A stretch of 64,000 nt of DNA. It comes from Blastocystis sp. Blastoise (Eukaryota > Protista > Bigyra: Opalinata). This document shows, piece by piece, positions 1-17,738 of this stretch. The position numbers and the translations under genes were made by a program. How positions within the stretch are numbered: the stretch's first letter is position 1; every line of letters starts with the position of its first letter. The notes beneath the pieces were generated by a model. That model saw nothing but the letters and a program-made list of their open reading frames with translations, made no database searches and had not been told where the DNA came from. The stretch spans positions 434,001-498,000 of the forward strand of contig JBBPEB010000025.1 in NCBI GenBank assembly GCA_039096225.1, given 5' to 3'.

Positions 1-1311
1 GTTGCCGTCCAAGGGAATGCTTGACCAAATTGAACCAAAAAATAAAAAAGAAACAGACGTCTCTCAACTGTACATTGTGTAAAAGAATCCAAGAACTTCT
101 CAAATCTTGTCATTGTATATTAAGCCTAAAAACAATCAAAATATACACACACAAAATGTCATTTATTATTTTTGTCATTTACTTATTGGAGGAAAAGTTC
201 CACTTTTTAATATCTAAGAAAATAATTTTCACATTTTTCTTTTCTTCCATGATTTTCTAGGAGGGTTTTTTGTGTGATAATTATTTCTATTTATTTATTG
301 AATGAAATTAGTTAGATTAGTCTGTAGGTCCTTTATGAGAAATGTAAAATCTATTCTATGTTGATCTGTTCTAATTCATTAATAGTCAAAATGATTATTT
401 TGAAATGCTTATATGATCTTATGATATTATACGCACGGGTATATTGATAGCATAGTCTATTTTAGATTATAATATTCAGAGATGAAAAAAAAAGGAAAAA
501 TATTGTTCATACAAATTTGTGGAGATATCTAATTAAGTAGAGACTTTAAGACTACTGCTACATGCTCATACTTATTTACAGCAACTGGTTTCAATGATAA
601 GTGATAATCTTCTTCATAATAAGATAGAAATAATGCAAAGTGACTTTTTTGTTTTTGATTTTAATTGTTCATATACGATAATCTTGCTACAGTGTATTTC
701 TAAAAACTTCTTATTTACTTAATACAACGATTACTTATGGTTTAATAGATTTCAATTAAATAAGCGATTGAATATTTTATTTACGAATAGTAAATGCATT
801 ATAATAAGCAATTTTTATATATGTGAATTGACTAATATTTAGAAAATAGCAATAATTAAAGATTTGATTTAAAAGTTTCTTTTTATATAAGCTTTTAAAA
901 TCCAGAATCGCACTTTACATACCATACAATGTATTCTCTATATAATAACAATTTGAATATGACAAAGAAAGTAAAGATAGGAAATGAAAATTGAAAACCG
1001 GGTCTTTGAGAAAAGAACGTTTTTTAATCAGTAGTTAATGGCATGTATAGATTTTGTGATCAGACTGAGTTTCAAATGTCTTAGGTATCTATAAATATAT
1101 AGTAGTAGGAGTATATGTCAATGAAATAAAAATGAAAAAATGAAATGTAAATTTTCCAAGTGAAATGGAGAATCCAATGAAAACACTTAAAAGTCTATTC
1201 AGATTATTTGATTGGTTTCTCTAATTTAGGAAGAACACTAGACAAAAAGGAAATTTATAAAAAATAAAGAAAATGATATTGAATATAATTCTTTTATTGA
1301 TCTAGTTAAAT

Positions 1312-3612
1312 ATGAGTGATACAATAGAAAGTGAAGTTCCCTTAGTGTCTACTAAGGATAAGGCTAAGAATGATATAAAGTTACTTGGATTCTTTACTGC
1401 TTTAGCTGCCATTGTTAGTTTAATTATTGGTATTTCTGCTATGACAACATCTGTGCAAAAATACAATTCTGTAGTCATTGAGCCTGAAGGTGCTCAATGG
1501 AGTATACCTTATACCTTTGACTATCCTCTTACTCGTAACCTTACTGAGAATTTTGTCAATAAAACTGTTTCTTTTGATAACGATGGTGAACCATCTATTG
1601 GTGGAGGTATGTCTATTTACAAGGATGTTTATGTAGATAAACTTGCTGCAAAGCATCTTAAAGTTGCTCTTCATGGATCTAACGTTATTGTTGCTGCTTT
1701 TGATGGAACCATTCGTATTATGATTCTAAATGATAACGATAAAGTTGTTGAAACCAAAGATTTCTCCTTTACTGAATTCCCCAAAATATGTGATTTAGTT
1801 GAATTAAATAATAGAGTTGTTTTATTATTAGGTCAGAATACAATTCTTCCTTTAGTTGTAGAAGCTGTTCCAAACAATATTAACTTATTTTTTGGTCAAA
1901 GAACTTCCTTTGAAAATGAGCTTGATTCAACTCCTTATTTCGATACATTAGATGATAATAAATGTATAGTGATGAGTACTCGTGTAGATACAACTATTTA
2001 TGCTTCTTATGGTTGTGTTTCTGGAGATAAAACAAATACAAAAATTACTCTTCATTCTACTGTTAAGATAGCAGAGGGATTCTTGTACCATGGTGTTGCT
2101 GGTATGCTATTTTTTATATATTTTTTGTTATTTTATATTCTTTTATTGTTTTGTTTAATTTATATACTATATATGTAAATATATTTATTTTTTTAATTTT
2201 TACTAAAAAAATTATATATATATACATATATATAGGTATGAGTTCATCTCGTGCTATTATTGGTTATAGTGGTAGTACTACTCCTCTTGAAGGAATAGAT
2301 CCTTTACATTTCACTTTAGGGAAGATTGTGAATAACACTATATCAAAAGGATTTAATACTTATAATTATGTATATCATGGAGCTAAAGGATCTTTTGATT
2401 TTGATAAGTATTTTTATATTTATTATATTTTTTATTTATTTATTATATTTATTATATTTTTTATTTATTATATTTATTATATTTATATATTCATTTATTT
2501 ATTAACCATGTTTTAATATTTATTAAAAATATATTATTGATAATAAAAAATCTTAATATATATATATATATAGTATTGATTCAGAAATAGCAATAATAAC
2601 ATTTGTAGATAGTGAGAGTGTAAATGGTTTAGTTTGTTTAATGTTACGTTATGATATTCAAACAGATAATGTTGCTTTTGGTTCTTTCTTTGATATTCAG
2701 GATGGAGGTGCTTCAGGAAGACAACCTGACGGAGATTATCAATTTGTTGATATTCGTATACTCTCTGATACACGTTTTGGAGTATATTATTATATATATT
2801 ATAATAATATTTTTTGTAATAATATCATTTTATTATGAATATACTATAAAATATATTCTGTAGGTTTTCTATTCTAACTTTATTAATGGTGGTGCCATGT
2901 GCTTTATCATGTGCGAAATCACACCTGCACGTGATATTATCCAATTAGGACCTGAATATATTTTATCGAAAGCTGTTCCTAATACTGTATATATACATAA
3001 TTTTAATTTTTTTTTTTTTTATTTAATCTATTCTTTAAAAAAAGAATTTGAAGTAATTCATTTATATATATATGTATATATATATAGAAAACGGATTATT
3101 ATTATTCTGCTCAAGTGTATTCTACGGACAAACGTTTCTATTTAGTAGACTCACTTATTGCTTCTACTGTATATATATATATATATATATATTTAAAGAT
3201 AATATCTTATATATATATAATTATATTATAATTATTATATTTTATATTTTTTTCTTTACATAAAATAGTATTTATTCCATATATATAGAAATCTTCGTTT
3301 AATCTTCATATAGGTGAAGTGATGTCAAATCCTATAGGTATAGTTACAGAACAAACCGATAAATATCTTAGTATTGGTATAGCTGGTATTTGGACTATTC
3401 CTGAATCTTATGAAGATTTAATTCCTGGTCGTTATTATTATACTAATACTTATGGTCTTATTGTTCCTGGTGAATATTTTGGTACTACAGATATTAATGG
3501 AATTTCAACCTATATTGATAGTCATAATCAATTACTTAGTAATAATAACAGAATTGGTTATGCTGTATCTGCTAGAGGATTATATATTGAATCAAAAGAA
3601 TCACTTAATTAA
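1312..3612 (+). CDS. Multi-exon type II membrane protein of unknown function (N-terminal TM helix, beta-rich ectodomain)
   Basis: ORFs 1312-2178, 2151-2516, 2641-2838, 2897-3145 and 3319-3612 join via GT-AG introns. Hydrophobic segment LLGFFTALAAIVSLIIGISAM. Ends at TAA 3610-3612. Confidence 0.7.
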
Positions 3613-4094
3613 TTTAAGTGTTTTTTTATGGTTTATTGTTTATTAGCATAATTCGTATCTCTGTTTATCTAGGAGAACATTATCATTTATTTTATTATCT
3701 GCTTTATATTGTATAAATAAACATTTTACAAATCACTTTTTAATGTTAGTTATATTTTCTTACATGCTTTGTTTTTGTTTAAAATCATAGAATGATTTTG
3801 TGAATGGACATTAATTCTATAACTTTTATAAACATAATTTCTTTAACATTAATAGTTACATAAATAATTATTTTGATTACATAAATGATAAATATAAAAA
3901 CAATGTAATATAGATAACATAATTATTTACTTTTTCAATTATAAAGAACAATGACTTTAGAATATATATATATATATATAGGAGACATGAGATAAAGAGA
4001 TTATATATACACATAAAAAGATATACACCTTTAAAAAAGGAATAACTTAATGAAGAAAGAATATAATAAAGAAAGTAATAATTTATTATATCCT

Positions 4095-5755
4095 TTAAAT
4101 AGTACTGGCTTTAACAGCGTCATACAGTAATTGAAGCTTACATAAATATTCAATTTGTCCCATAATCTTATCATATTCTATATATATAAATATATATACA
4201 TATAAAAAGATAGCATTTGAAGAAAATAAAATGAAGAAAAAATAAGTATAGAATATATATATATATATAAGCATATATACATAAACAAAAGAATATACTG
4301 TTGTAACTACGAACATTACATTTGCAGATATTTCTTAATAACTTACAATATTTTAAACAAAACATAGCAAAAATTAGGCCACATAAAATAAATGCGAGGT
4401 ATAGTATGCTATTAACATATGTATCTGTAAAATCATGGTTTATATAAAAATAAATACCATATCCTATACCACCAATACTCATAACAAAAAGTATTAAGTG
4501 GAAGATATAAGCTTAAATCAAAAGTGAAGGATAATTTTAATATATACAAAGAGAGATTTATAATATATATATGTATAATAATCATAAATAATAGATTTTT
4601 ATTGAATATATATAATTCTAAAGGATATAATAAGAAAGATCCAATAATTATAGTACTTAACACTTATCATAACTAGAAGAGCAAGTATTATATAAACGGA
4701 TATACAAATCCAAATTATTGTATTACTAAAGTAAAACATAGTAATAATAACACCGATAACAATAAGGAACATCTATATAATCATATGTATTTATATGTTA
4801 TTGGAATATTATAAAGAATACAATGTTCAACATATATATCTATAAATGTATATATATACACTAAAAATTAAAGGAAAAAGACACAATGATTCTATTGAGA
4901 TTCGTAATGGAATATATTTTTTCCAAACATTATATAAAGTACTATCACAAGCAGCTTCAATAAACTATATATGTATATATATACAGAATCTTGAGGATAC
5001 ATACTTGATCGATTGTTCTATAGATTATAATATATACATAATAATAATAATAATATATAAAATAATAAATATAATAAATATAATAATAATAATAATAATA
5101 ATAATATATAAAATAATAAATATAATAAATATAATAATAATAAATCTATTAATAATAATAATAATAAATATAATAATAAATGTAATAATAATATAGCATA
5201 ATAATAATATAAGCATAATAAATAGCCCAATAATATATACTGTCCAGATCTATAATATTGGTAGGCGTCATATATTATCGAAGTGAATAGGTTTAGAAGA
5301 TCTTTCTTTGAAGTTAAAAACAAGGGATTCAACAGCATTGTTCACGACTCTAGGCCTAGTAGCAGCAGCTTTAGCAACTCTATATATATTGATCATATAT
5401 TCTTAAATACATTAAAAAATAATAAATAAATAATAAAATACGATTGTTGAGGATCGTTTTGATTGTCAGTCATAATATAAGCTAGTTAAGATTTATTCAT
5501 TTTAATGAAAAGAAAATAATATACTGTCATTACTACCGTTATCTGCTTCAGGTCTAAATAAAATGTGAATTATAAAAAAAAAAGAGCAAAGTGATATACG
5601 GGTTTGCATAAGGAAATGTTGAATTTGGTTCTGGTATAGACTAAGAAGCAGTACTAGGAGGAGCAACAACGTTGTATGTTAAATTATTGTTTCTAATTTT
5701 TTAAATATTTATTGAAAACGTAGTTTACATACTGAGAAATACTTAATGGATTCAT
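4095..5755 (-). CDS. Multi-exon multi-pass membrane protein, function unknown; 5' exons carry lesions (possible pseudogene or assembly errors)
   Basis: Exons can be joined from MNPLSISQ to ...VKASTI*, with several TM helices at 4320-4770. In-frame TAG at 5641-5643 and a frame break near 5270. Contains a U12-type intron at 4513-4628. Confidence 0.45.
4513..4628 (-). other. U12-type (minor) intron, AT-AA termini
   Basis: 5' site ATATCCTTT and branch-like TTATCCTTCAC, with 12 nt from the branch A to the 3' end. Removal joins ...NYWIFLI|AYIFHLILF... in frame. No suitable GT donor found. Confidence 0.7.
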
Positions 5756-6329
5756 AATTTATAGAATATATATATATATGATCAATAATTAAAATATAAA
5801 AGAAATAAAGGAATGACGAATTTAATCTTTTCCAAGATTATATAGAGAAACACGTCGTTTTTGTGGAATACAAAAAGGAAATTGTCCAATAGAGAAAAAA
5901 TACAGCTTTAAAGAATTTATCAAACTAGTGGTCGTCTCAAGCTGAATTTTGTGGTTTTCTTCAGGTCAAGGTTCACGAGGAAGACTTTAATAAGAAATAA
6001 ATTTCCTAAAAGACCTAGTTTTAAGGGTATTTCTAACGCCTCAAGGTGTAAGATAAAAATTATCTGGGATAGGTTACCTATCTTGGGTGGACTATGGACA
6101 ATTTCAAACTTATATATGAAACTACATTGTATTCATATATCACGAAATCACTTTAAACATTCATAACGTATCTCAAGAAGAATATTGAAAAATAAATAAT
6201 TTTGAAAAAAAACACGGTTATTTTACAATTCACTACTTGAAAAACAACATATTCGCAAATCTTCTTAAAATTTCTTCTTTTCTTCCCAAGTTGCTTTTAA
6301 GAAGTTTTAATACTTTAAAAACCTTTTTT

Positions 6330-7610
6330 ATGTATACTAGTAAAAGAGTTAAAATGGAATCAAAGCCTTTCTGTATATTCCCTGAATATGTTCTCAAACA
6401 ACATGAATTCGTCTCAACTATTGATGTTTCAAGTAATCTCAATGAAGATGTGAAACAAATCGCTACTCATGATGGTACTTTCCATTGTGACGAAGCTTTA
6501 GCTACTTCTCTTTTAAAGTTTCTTCCTGAATTTAAGGATCATTCAATTTTAAGAACTCGTAATATGTCATTCATTGAGAAATCTGATATTGTTGTGGATG
6601 TGGGTAGTATTTACAATCATAATGAAAAACGTTATGATCATCATCAACAAGGTTTTGATGAGACTTTTGACAGTAACCATAAGACCCGTCTTAGTTCTGC
6701 TGGATTAATATATATATATATTTTTTTATTATTATTAGTCATGTTTTTATTTAATATTTGTTAATAAATATATATATATTCATTTAGATATAAACATTAT
6801 GGTCAAAGAATTATTAAAACACTATTTCCCTCTCTTTCTGAACATCAATTAAAAATGACTTATAATAAAATATATATATATATTGCTTTGTTTTAATACT
6901 TTTTTTTTAATGTTTTTTTTAATAATATATTTATCTTATTAATTAATAGAATTCTTACATAATTTATATAAATATAGATATATGATTCTTTTGTAGAAGC
7001 TGTTGATGGTATAGATAACGGTATAGTTGCTGTAGAAGGTAAAAGTAATTATTCACTTAATACTGATTTAGCCTCCAGAATCAGTCATTTTAATCCAAGC
7101 TGGATTGAAACTGAATCAGTATTTATATATATAGTTTTTATTTATATTTTTATATTTTTATTTTTATTTTTATTCTTATTTTTATTTTTATTTTTATTTT
7201 TATTTATTTTTATTTTTATTTTTATTTTTATTTTTATTTTTATTTTTATTTTTATTTTTATTTTTATTTTTATTTTTATTTTTTTTTTTATTTTTATTTT
7301 TATTTTTATATTTATATTTATATTTTTATTTATATTCATTATATTTATATTTTAATTTATATATTTCTCTATAAATAAAAAATATTACTACAATATATAT
7401 ATATAGAAAGATTATTCGAATGATCGTTTTAAGTGTGCTATGGCCTTAGCTTCAGGAGAATTCTTAGAAGCATTACATAGTTATATTGAAATACGTCTTC
7501 CTGCAAGATCTATTGTCGAAAGTGTATAGTTTATATTATATTATTATTTTATATATGTATTCAAAGAATTATATAGATATATTGAATTTGATAATATATT
7601 TTTTAATATA

Positions 7611-7678
<68 letters not shown>

Positions 7679-8388
7679 GTGTTTAGATCAAGCTGAAGCC
7701 GTACACCCTTCTAAATCTATTCTGAAATTGTCTGAAAAGTGTCCTTGGAAGGAGCATCTGTATAGTATAGAAAGAGAAAGAGGTATATTTGGACAAACAT
7801 TATTTGTTCTCTCTCCTGATAATGATCAATGGTATATATATATTTATATATTTATTATTATATACACTTTATTTTATATTTAATTATATATATTTTATTA
7901 TATACACTTTATTTTATATATTTTATTATATACACTTTATTTTATATATATTATTTTATATATATTATTATATATGTTTTATTATATATATTTATTATAT
8001 ATCTCATAATCTATCTATATAGGCGTATTATTTGTGTAAATAAAAGTAGTGATACATTTGAACTCCGTAAATCTCTTCATCCTGATTGGTGTGCTTTAAG
8101 AGATGACGCACTATGCGTCAAGAGTGGTATTCCTGGATGTACTTTTGTTCATATCCTCTTTTTATTATATATATATGTAGATATATATTTTTATAATCAA
8201 CTATTCTTTAACAACAGATATTATTTATTTACCATTATTATACCATGAATAACTCTTATATTTCAAAATCTCTATTTCATCTTTTTCCCTTAATATATCT
8301 TTCACATCGCAACGGTTTTACAGGTGGTAATAAAACTTACGAAGGTGCTCTAGAAATGGCAATCAAATCTTTAGAATATCAATCGTAA
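6330..8388 (+). CDS. MYG1: MYG1 exonuclease (UPF0160, DHH-like)
   Basis: Motifs IATHDGTFHCDE, VVDVG, RYDHHQ, LSSAGLIYKHYG, DGIDNG, CPWKEHL and GCTFVH-RNGFTGGNKTYEGAL over about 7 exons. Confidence 0.93.
8151..8305 (+). other. U12-type (minor) intron, AT-AC termini, in MYG1
   Basis: Starts ATATCCTCTT, branch site TTTTTCCCTTAAT (8282-8294), ends CAC. Removal restores the conserved TFV-H-RNGF. Confidence 0.92.
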
Positions 8389-8807
8389 ACATTTTTTTTT
8401 CATCACTGATCTACTTTATGATTCTAAATCTTCTATTTTTTTTTCATTTCATTAAACTAAACTACTTCTGTTCCTCAACTAAAATGTTTCATGATGTTTT
8501 AAGCCATTAAAACAATTTAAATCATTATTTTAAATGAATATTTCCTGAAAAAGAAATAATAAAATATCCCTCATTTTTAAGAAATGACAGTTGAAATTAT
8601 TTCATTTTTAGCAATAAATCAATCAAATAATTACGATTATTTCCATCACTTCTTTATTGTTTGCTTTGCAGCCTATAGATCAGTAGATCGATCAATTCCT
8701 TGATATATCTGTTGATATATAATGAGTATATTATATAGAAAAATTTTTATCGATCAATAATAGACCAGAAATATGAAACATTCATTCCACTTCCTCTTTT
8801 ACCTGGA

Positions 8808-12475
<3,668 letters not shown>

Positions 12476-13004
12476 TAATATTTATTTATTATTGTCTATT
12501 ATATCTATTTTTATTTTTTTTTTTATATAGTTTTTGTTATTTGTAAATTTATCATATCTAATAAGCATTCAATATCCTTTTATAATTATAATTTTATTTC
12601 CTTGTTTTTATCTTATCATGAATCATTATCTATTCTTTTTTTTAATAATAATAATTATTTACTTTTTATATTTATTTCCTGGGCTTATCTTATCTAATCA
12701 TTATCCTTATATTATATACATATATATATTATAATTTTTATATTTATTTATCAATATTTAATTTATGATTTTCAACTGTTTTTAATTATCATTCCATATA
12801 TATTATTTGTGTATATATCATAAATCGATAAACATGTTTATATACATCTTCTATTAATCTATACTATATCCTATAATATATTTGTTTGATATATATAGAT
12901 CTCTTATAAGAGTACATCAGTATTTCTATCAGTTTCTGATATATATTTATTTCATATTTAATTTGATTTTTTTTAACTCTTGATTATTAATGATTTTTAT
13001 GATT

Positions 13005-13190
13005 TTTAACGCTTTTATATGTTATTTTTTTAATTCTTTTATATGTTATATATATTTTTAATTCTTTTGTATATTATATATATTTTTTAATTCTTTTATA
13101 TATTATATATTTTTTTAATTCTCTTATATATTATATATTTTTTTAATTCTCTTATATTATATATTTTTTAATTCTCTTATATATTATATT
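13005..13190. repeat. Intergenic minisatellite, ~28-bp unit (TTTTTAATTCT[T/C]TTATATATTATATA), about 6 copies
   Basis: Direct reading of tandem copies. Confidence 0.8.
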
Positions 13191-14075
13191 TATTAATAAC
13201 TCTTTCCTCGTTTTTGTTTTATATCATTTTTTATCATTTATTTGTGACTCATCTACTTTATATATATCTATTTATATTTTTTATTTGTAAATCTAATTAA
13301 CTATATCTACTTTATTGTTTAATTATATAAATATTGGTTTGGTTTCTTACAAAGAAATGAATTATTCTTCTTATTCACTGGATTTTTATAATTTAATAAT
13401 TCAAACGATTTATATATCTATGTGAAGAACAGGAGTTTTCTTTGTACCAATTAAAAATAAGATATTCATTTTAAAAATGAGTATTTCTGATAATAATATC
13501 ATTATAATAATTCAATTACTTTATTTATAACAATTATACTTTTATATATCATTTTTACAATAAAAAAAGCAAATGTTAGTATTAAAAAATGAGACATTTC
13601 ATTATTTGACTACATTACTGAAGAAAATTATGACAATTATGATTGATTTTTTTGTTTAAATGTGTGTCATCTATGATTCATACTTTGTAAAGAAAATGAA
13701 GAATGTTTAAATATTTCGAAAGCATGAGTCAGTCTACACTGAAATGGTATTAAGTCGTCACTTCGACAAATATAAAAAAACAATTGTGATTCTTATGTTG
13801 TCATTGATGACACATACTTTAATCTGAGGATAAGCCAATTAAAATTGAGATAGCTACTCTATAATGACGCATTCAATAGACACAAATAAAAGAACAAAAA
13901 CAAGAGAAAAAAAAATGTCACGATCCAATAAAACTTCATAAAAAGTGGGTTGTCAGAGATCACCTTTTTTGACAAACTTTCGATTTTTGTTTTTAGAGAA
14001 TTTGTTTGATTAGAAGGATTAACACATATTTCTTTTATTCTTCATTTAAAATAGAATATTCGTTAATTATAAAGA

Positions 14076-15302
14076 ATGAAATCCTTAGTTTCTCTTTCTC
14101 TATTACTTTTTGTATTTATTAACGCCGCTTATGCTGCTAAATGGGCTGTTTTAGTTGCTGGTTCTGCTGGTTATTATAACTATAGACATCAAGCTGATAA
14201 TGCTCATATTTATCGTATTCTTATTAACAATGGATACAAACCTGAAAATATTATCGTCTTCTCTCAAAATGATGTTCCTAATTCTAAGAGTAATCCTATT
14301 CCTAACTCCCTTTTCAATAAACCTGGTAATAACTCTATCAACTACTATGAAGATTATGTTATTGATTACGAAGGTAATGATAATATCCCTGCTAATTATG
14401 TTAAAGTCTTAACTGGTGATGACTCTACTGGTAAGAAAGTCTTAAAATCTACTGAAGAAGATACTATTTTCCTTGCTTTCTTTGATCATGGTAGTGATAA
14501 TCTTATTTGTTTCCCTTATGAAGAACTTTATAGTAATGCTCTCTTAAAGGCTTTTGAAACCATGAAAGCTAAGAAGATGTACAAGAGAATTGTTTATTAT
14601 TTAGAAGCTTGTCATTCTGGTTCTATGTTTGTTGATCTTCCTACTGATTCTAATATTTATGGTTTAACTGCTGCTAATCCTCATGAATCTTCTTGGGCTT
14701 ATTATTGTGATGATGAAATTGTAAATCACGTTCAATTTGATACTTGTCTTGGTGATGAATTCTCTATTCAATGGATGGAAAATGTTGATGAAGGTGATCT
14801 TACCCAAACTTTTAAGGATCATGCTTCTGTTATCACTGCTCTTGTCAAGGAATCTCACGTATCTCGTTATGGTGATTTATCTTTTGAAAATCTTCCCATT
14901 TCTGAAGTTTTCACTGGTGATCTTGCTACTGTCAAGAATGGTAAGAAGATTGCTCAAGAAAAGATTGAAGGTGCTCGTGGTGATATTTACTTAAATAAGC
15001 TTAATTATCTTAGACGTAGAATGGAAAAGACCAACGATTCTCAAGCTGAAAAGGAATATAAGCAAGAATTAGAACTTATTGAAAAGATTGATACTTATTT
15101 TGCTGTTCTTGTTAAGAAATTCAAGAATATGGGTGTTATGAAGGTTGATAGTATTGAAGCTCCTGTTAAGGATTTCAACTGTTATAAACAAAGTATTGAT
15201 CATTCTATTAATCTCTTTGGTAGAAGTGATTATCTTGTTAAATATTATCATACTTTACATACTATTTGTGATCAATATAATGAAGCTTATCTTTATTTAT
15301 AA
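14076..15302 (+). CDS. LGMN: Legumain / asparaginyl endopeptidase (peptidase C13), secreted, intronless
   Basis: Signal peptide, WAVLVAGS..YYNYRHQAD, catalytic DHG and EAC, TCLGDEFS. Confidence 0.95.
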   Translation: MKSLVSLSLLLFVFINAAYAAKWAVLVAGSAGYYNYRHQADNAHIYRILINNGYKPENIIVFSQNDVPNSKSNPIPNSLFNKPGNNSINYYEDYVIDYEGNDNIPANYVKVLTGDDSTGKKVLKSTEEDTIFLAFFDHGSDNLICFPYEELYSNALLKAFETMKAKKMYKRIVYYLEACHSGSMFVDLPTDSNIYGLTAANPHESSWAYYCDDEIVNHVQFDTCLGDEFSIQWMENVDEGDLTQTFKDHASVITALVKESHVSRYGDLSFENLPISEVFTGDLATVKNGKKIAQEKIEGARGDIYLNKLNYLRRRMEKTNDSQAEKEYKQELELIEKIDTYFAVLVKKFKNMGVMKVDSIEAPVKDFNCYKQSIDHSINLFGRSDYLVKYYHTLHTICDQYNEAYLYL

Positions 15303-15496
15303 GCTAGCTTATTCACTTTTTTTATAGCTTTATTTTGTTTTGCTTTTTTCTATTTGCTTCTTTTATCCTATAATTTTATGTGAAATTTTTAAATTTTTCA
15401 TTGTTGTATTTAAAAATGAGTTTTGTTCATTTTAATATTTTTTTATAAAATCTAACGAAAATAAAAACTACTTATAAATAATCAATATTAAAAGGG

Positions 15497-16018
15497 TTAA
15501 TAATATAAATTAACATGATGCTCATCATCTACTAAAACATAAGGCTCTTTACTCTTTCTAAGAGTAACATCATCTATATATTATGTATATTATTATAATT
15601 TATTATGTATATTATAATATTTATATTATAATTTATTATGTATATTATAATATTTATATTATTATTTATTATGTATATTATTATAATCATATATTTTATA
15701 TTATATTATATTATTATTACATATCATATATAATAAATTTTATTATATCATTATATAAATATACCTGAATAGCAACTAATTGTTAGATTTTTACTCATAT
15801 GACAACGTTCTAAAATAGGATAAAAAGCTAGAATTCCATCATTAGAAACTTTACAACGATATAAAGATAATTGAGTTAGTTTTGATAAGCATTTTCTATC
15901 GAATGCATTACAAGCAGAAATAAACATAGAATCTTGAAATGGAATATCTATATAAAGAAATATGAAAAAATGTGTAAATAACTGTTAAAGAATAATTAGA
16001 TAATATGTTTTACAAATG

Positions 16019-16055
<37 letters not shown>

Positions 16056-16166
16056 TAAAAAAATAATAAAAAATACTTTCAAATTGTAAAGATTCTAGGG
16101 CAGGCAAGCATTCAGGTGTCAAATTATCAAATAAATAAACTAAACTTGAATCACTAACTATGTTAT

Positions 16167-16210
<44 letters not shown>

Positions 16211-17066
16211 GATATCATGAAATATAATATATAATTATTAAATAAAATAAAAATTACTTGAGAAATAAATTGAAGAAAGTTTTTGAAATTTATTAGCTAA
16301 GACAACTGTGTTTTCTAACGTTATCATTCCCTCATCACTTATTCCGGTTTCTATATATAAATATAGAATTAGAGAAATAGAAATAAAAACAAAAAATAAT
16401 AGATATAAATATACGATTTATTTTTAGTTCTGTTACATTTTCAAGACCCCCATTATATATAACGTCTGCTAACTGTTCACACCACTCTATAGGTAATGTA
16501 CAAGCTATATAGATAATGAATATATAGAATAAATGCACATTAAATGTAATAAATATATATGTATATATAAATATATAGATAAGAATTTGATTAAAATGTA
16601 TATATAATAATATATATACTATCTAAAGAAAAATTTGATATATGACTACAAACATCAGATAATAATAAATCGTGTAACATATAAATTTTTTCCTCTTTAA
16701 AACAATCTTTAATAATAAATGTGTTTATTGGTTTCAATATTTTTCTTAAATTTAATTCATATAAATAATCGATAGAAGTTTCATTTACACAAACACCTAT
16801 AAAATATATACATATATATTATAAAATTATAATAATGATTATCATTCATAGATAAAAAGAAATAAATAATAATAGAATAATATAAATGAATATAGTTTAT
16901 ATACTTTCCATAGATAAAGATTCCAATTGTGGGAAATATTCATTATTAATAGCATCATATAAAGCACAAAACATTTCTGCATTCAAATCTATAGTATTAA
17001 TATGAATATATAAGTAAGAATTCATTTTTTGATCAAGATAATCATTAATTAAATAAGTAAATTTTA

Positions 17067-17150
<84 letters not shown>

Positions 17151-17695
17151 CCAGTAATAATAATATGTTTAAGATTTGGATATGTATTCTTTTTAATATA
17201 ATTTATAAACTGACAAAAAGGATTCGAACTATTATTCCCTATATACATATATATAACTATATAATAACAATAATTCAGCTATATAATAACAAAAATATAA
17301 CTATATATATATATATATATATATATACATGAAATCCTATAGGTTAAAGATTCGATTTGAGAATAAGTATGATCAAAAAGTTTTCCAAATTCTTGTATTC
17401 CATTAAATAAATATTCACTAAAATCGAGTTCAGTTACTTTAGGAAATAAGCCATTATAAAGCATTTTCATATATTGATATAAAACATTACTTCCTATTTA
17501 TATATTTATAATAATAATAAATATAATAATAAATATAATAATAAATATAATAATAAATATAATAATGAATATAATAATGAATAGAATCATAAATAGAATC
17601 ATAAATAGAATATACTAATAATAATTGATTTCGCTTCTTGTAATACTGGCATATTAAGATAAGTAGATGTATAATTAGAATATCCACTACCTATT

Positions 17696-17738
<43 letters not shown>

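Noticed and set aside
21-260. 79-aa ORF at the window start
   Set aside because: TTG start, no recognisable motif, and composition typical of intergenic DNA.
5641-5643. In-frame TAG (plus stops in the UTP20 fragment) as evidence of stop-codon reassignment
   Set aside because: Conserved genes (EF-Tu, legumain, eIF2beta, MYG1) have no internal stops, and TAA, TAG and TGA all end genes here. The lesions co-occur with frameshifts.
13005-13190. Tandem repeat as a CRISPR-like array
   Set aside because: No unique spacers and eukaryotic context; it is a simple minisatellite.
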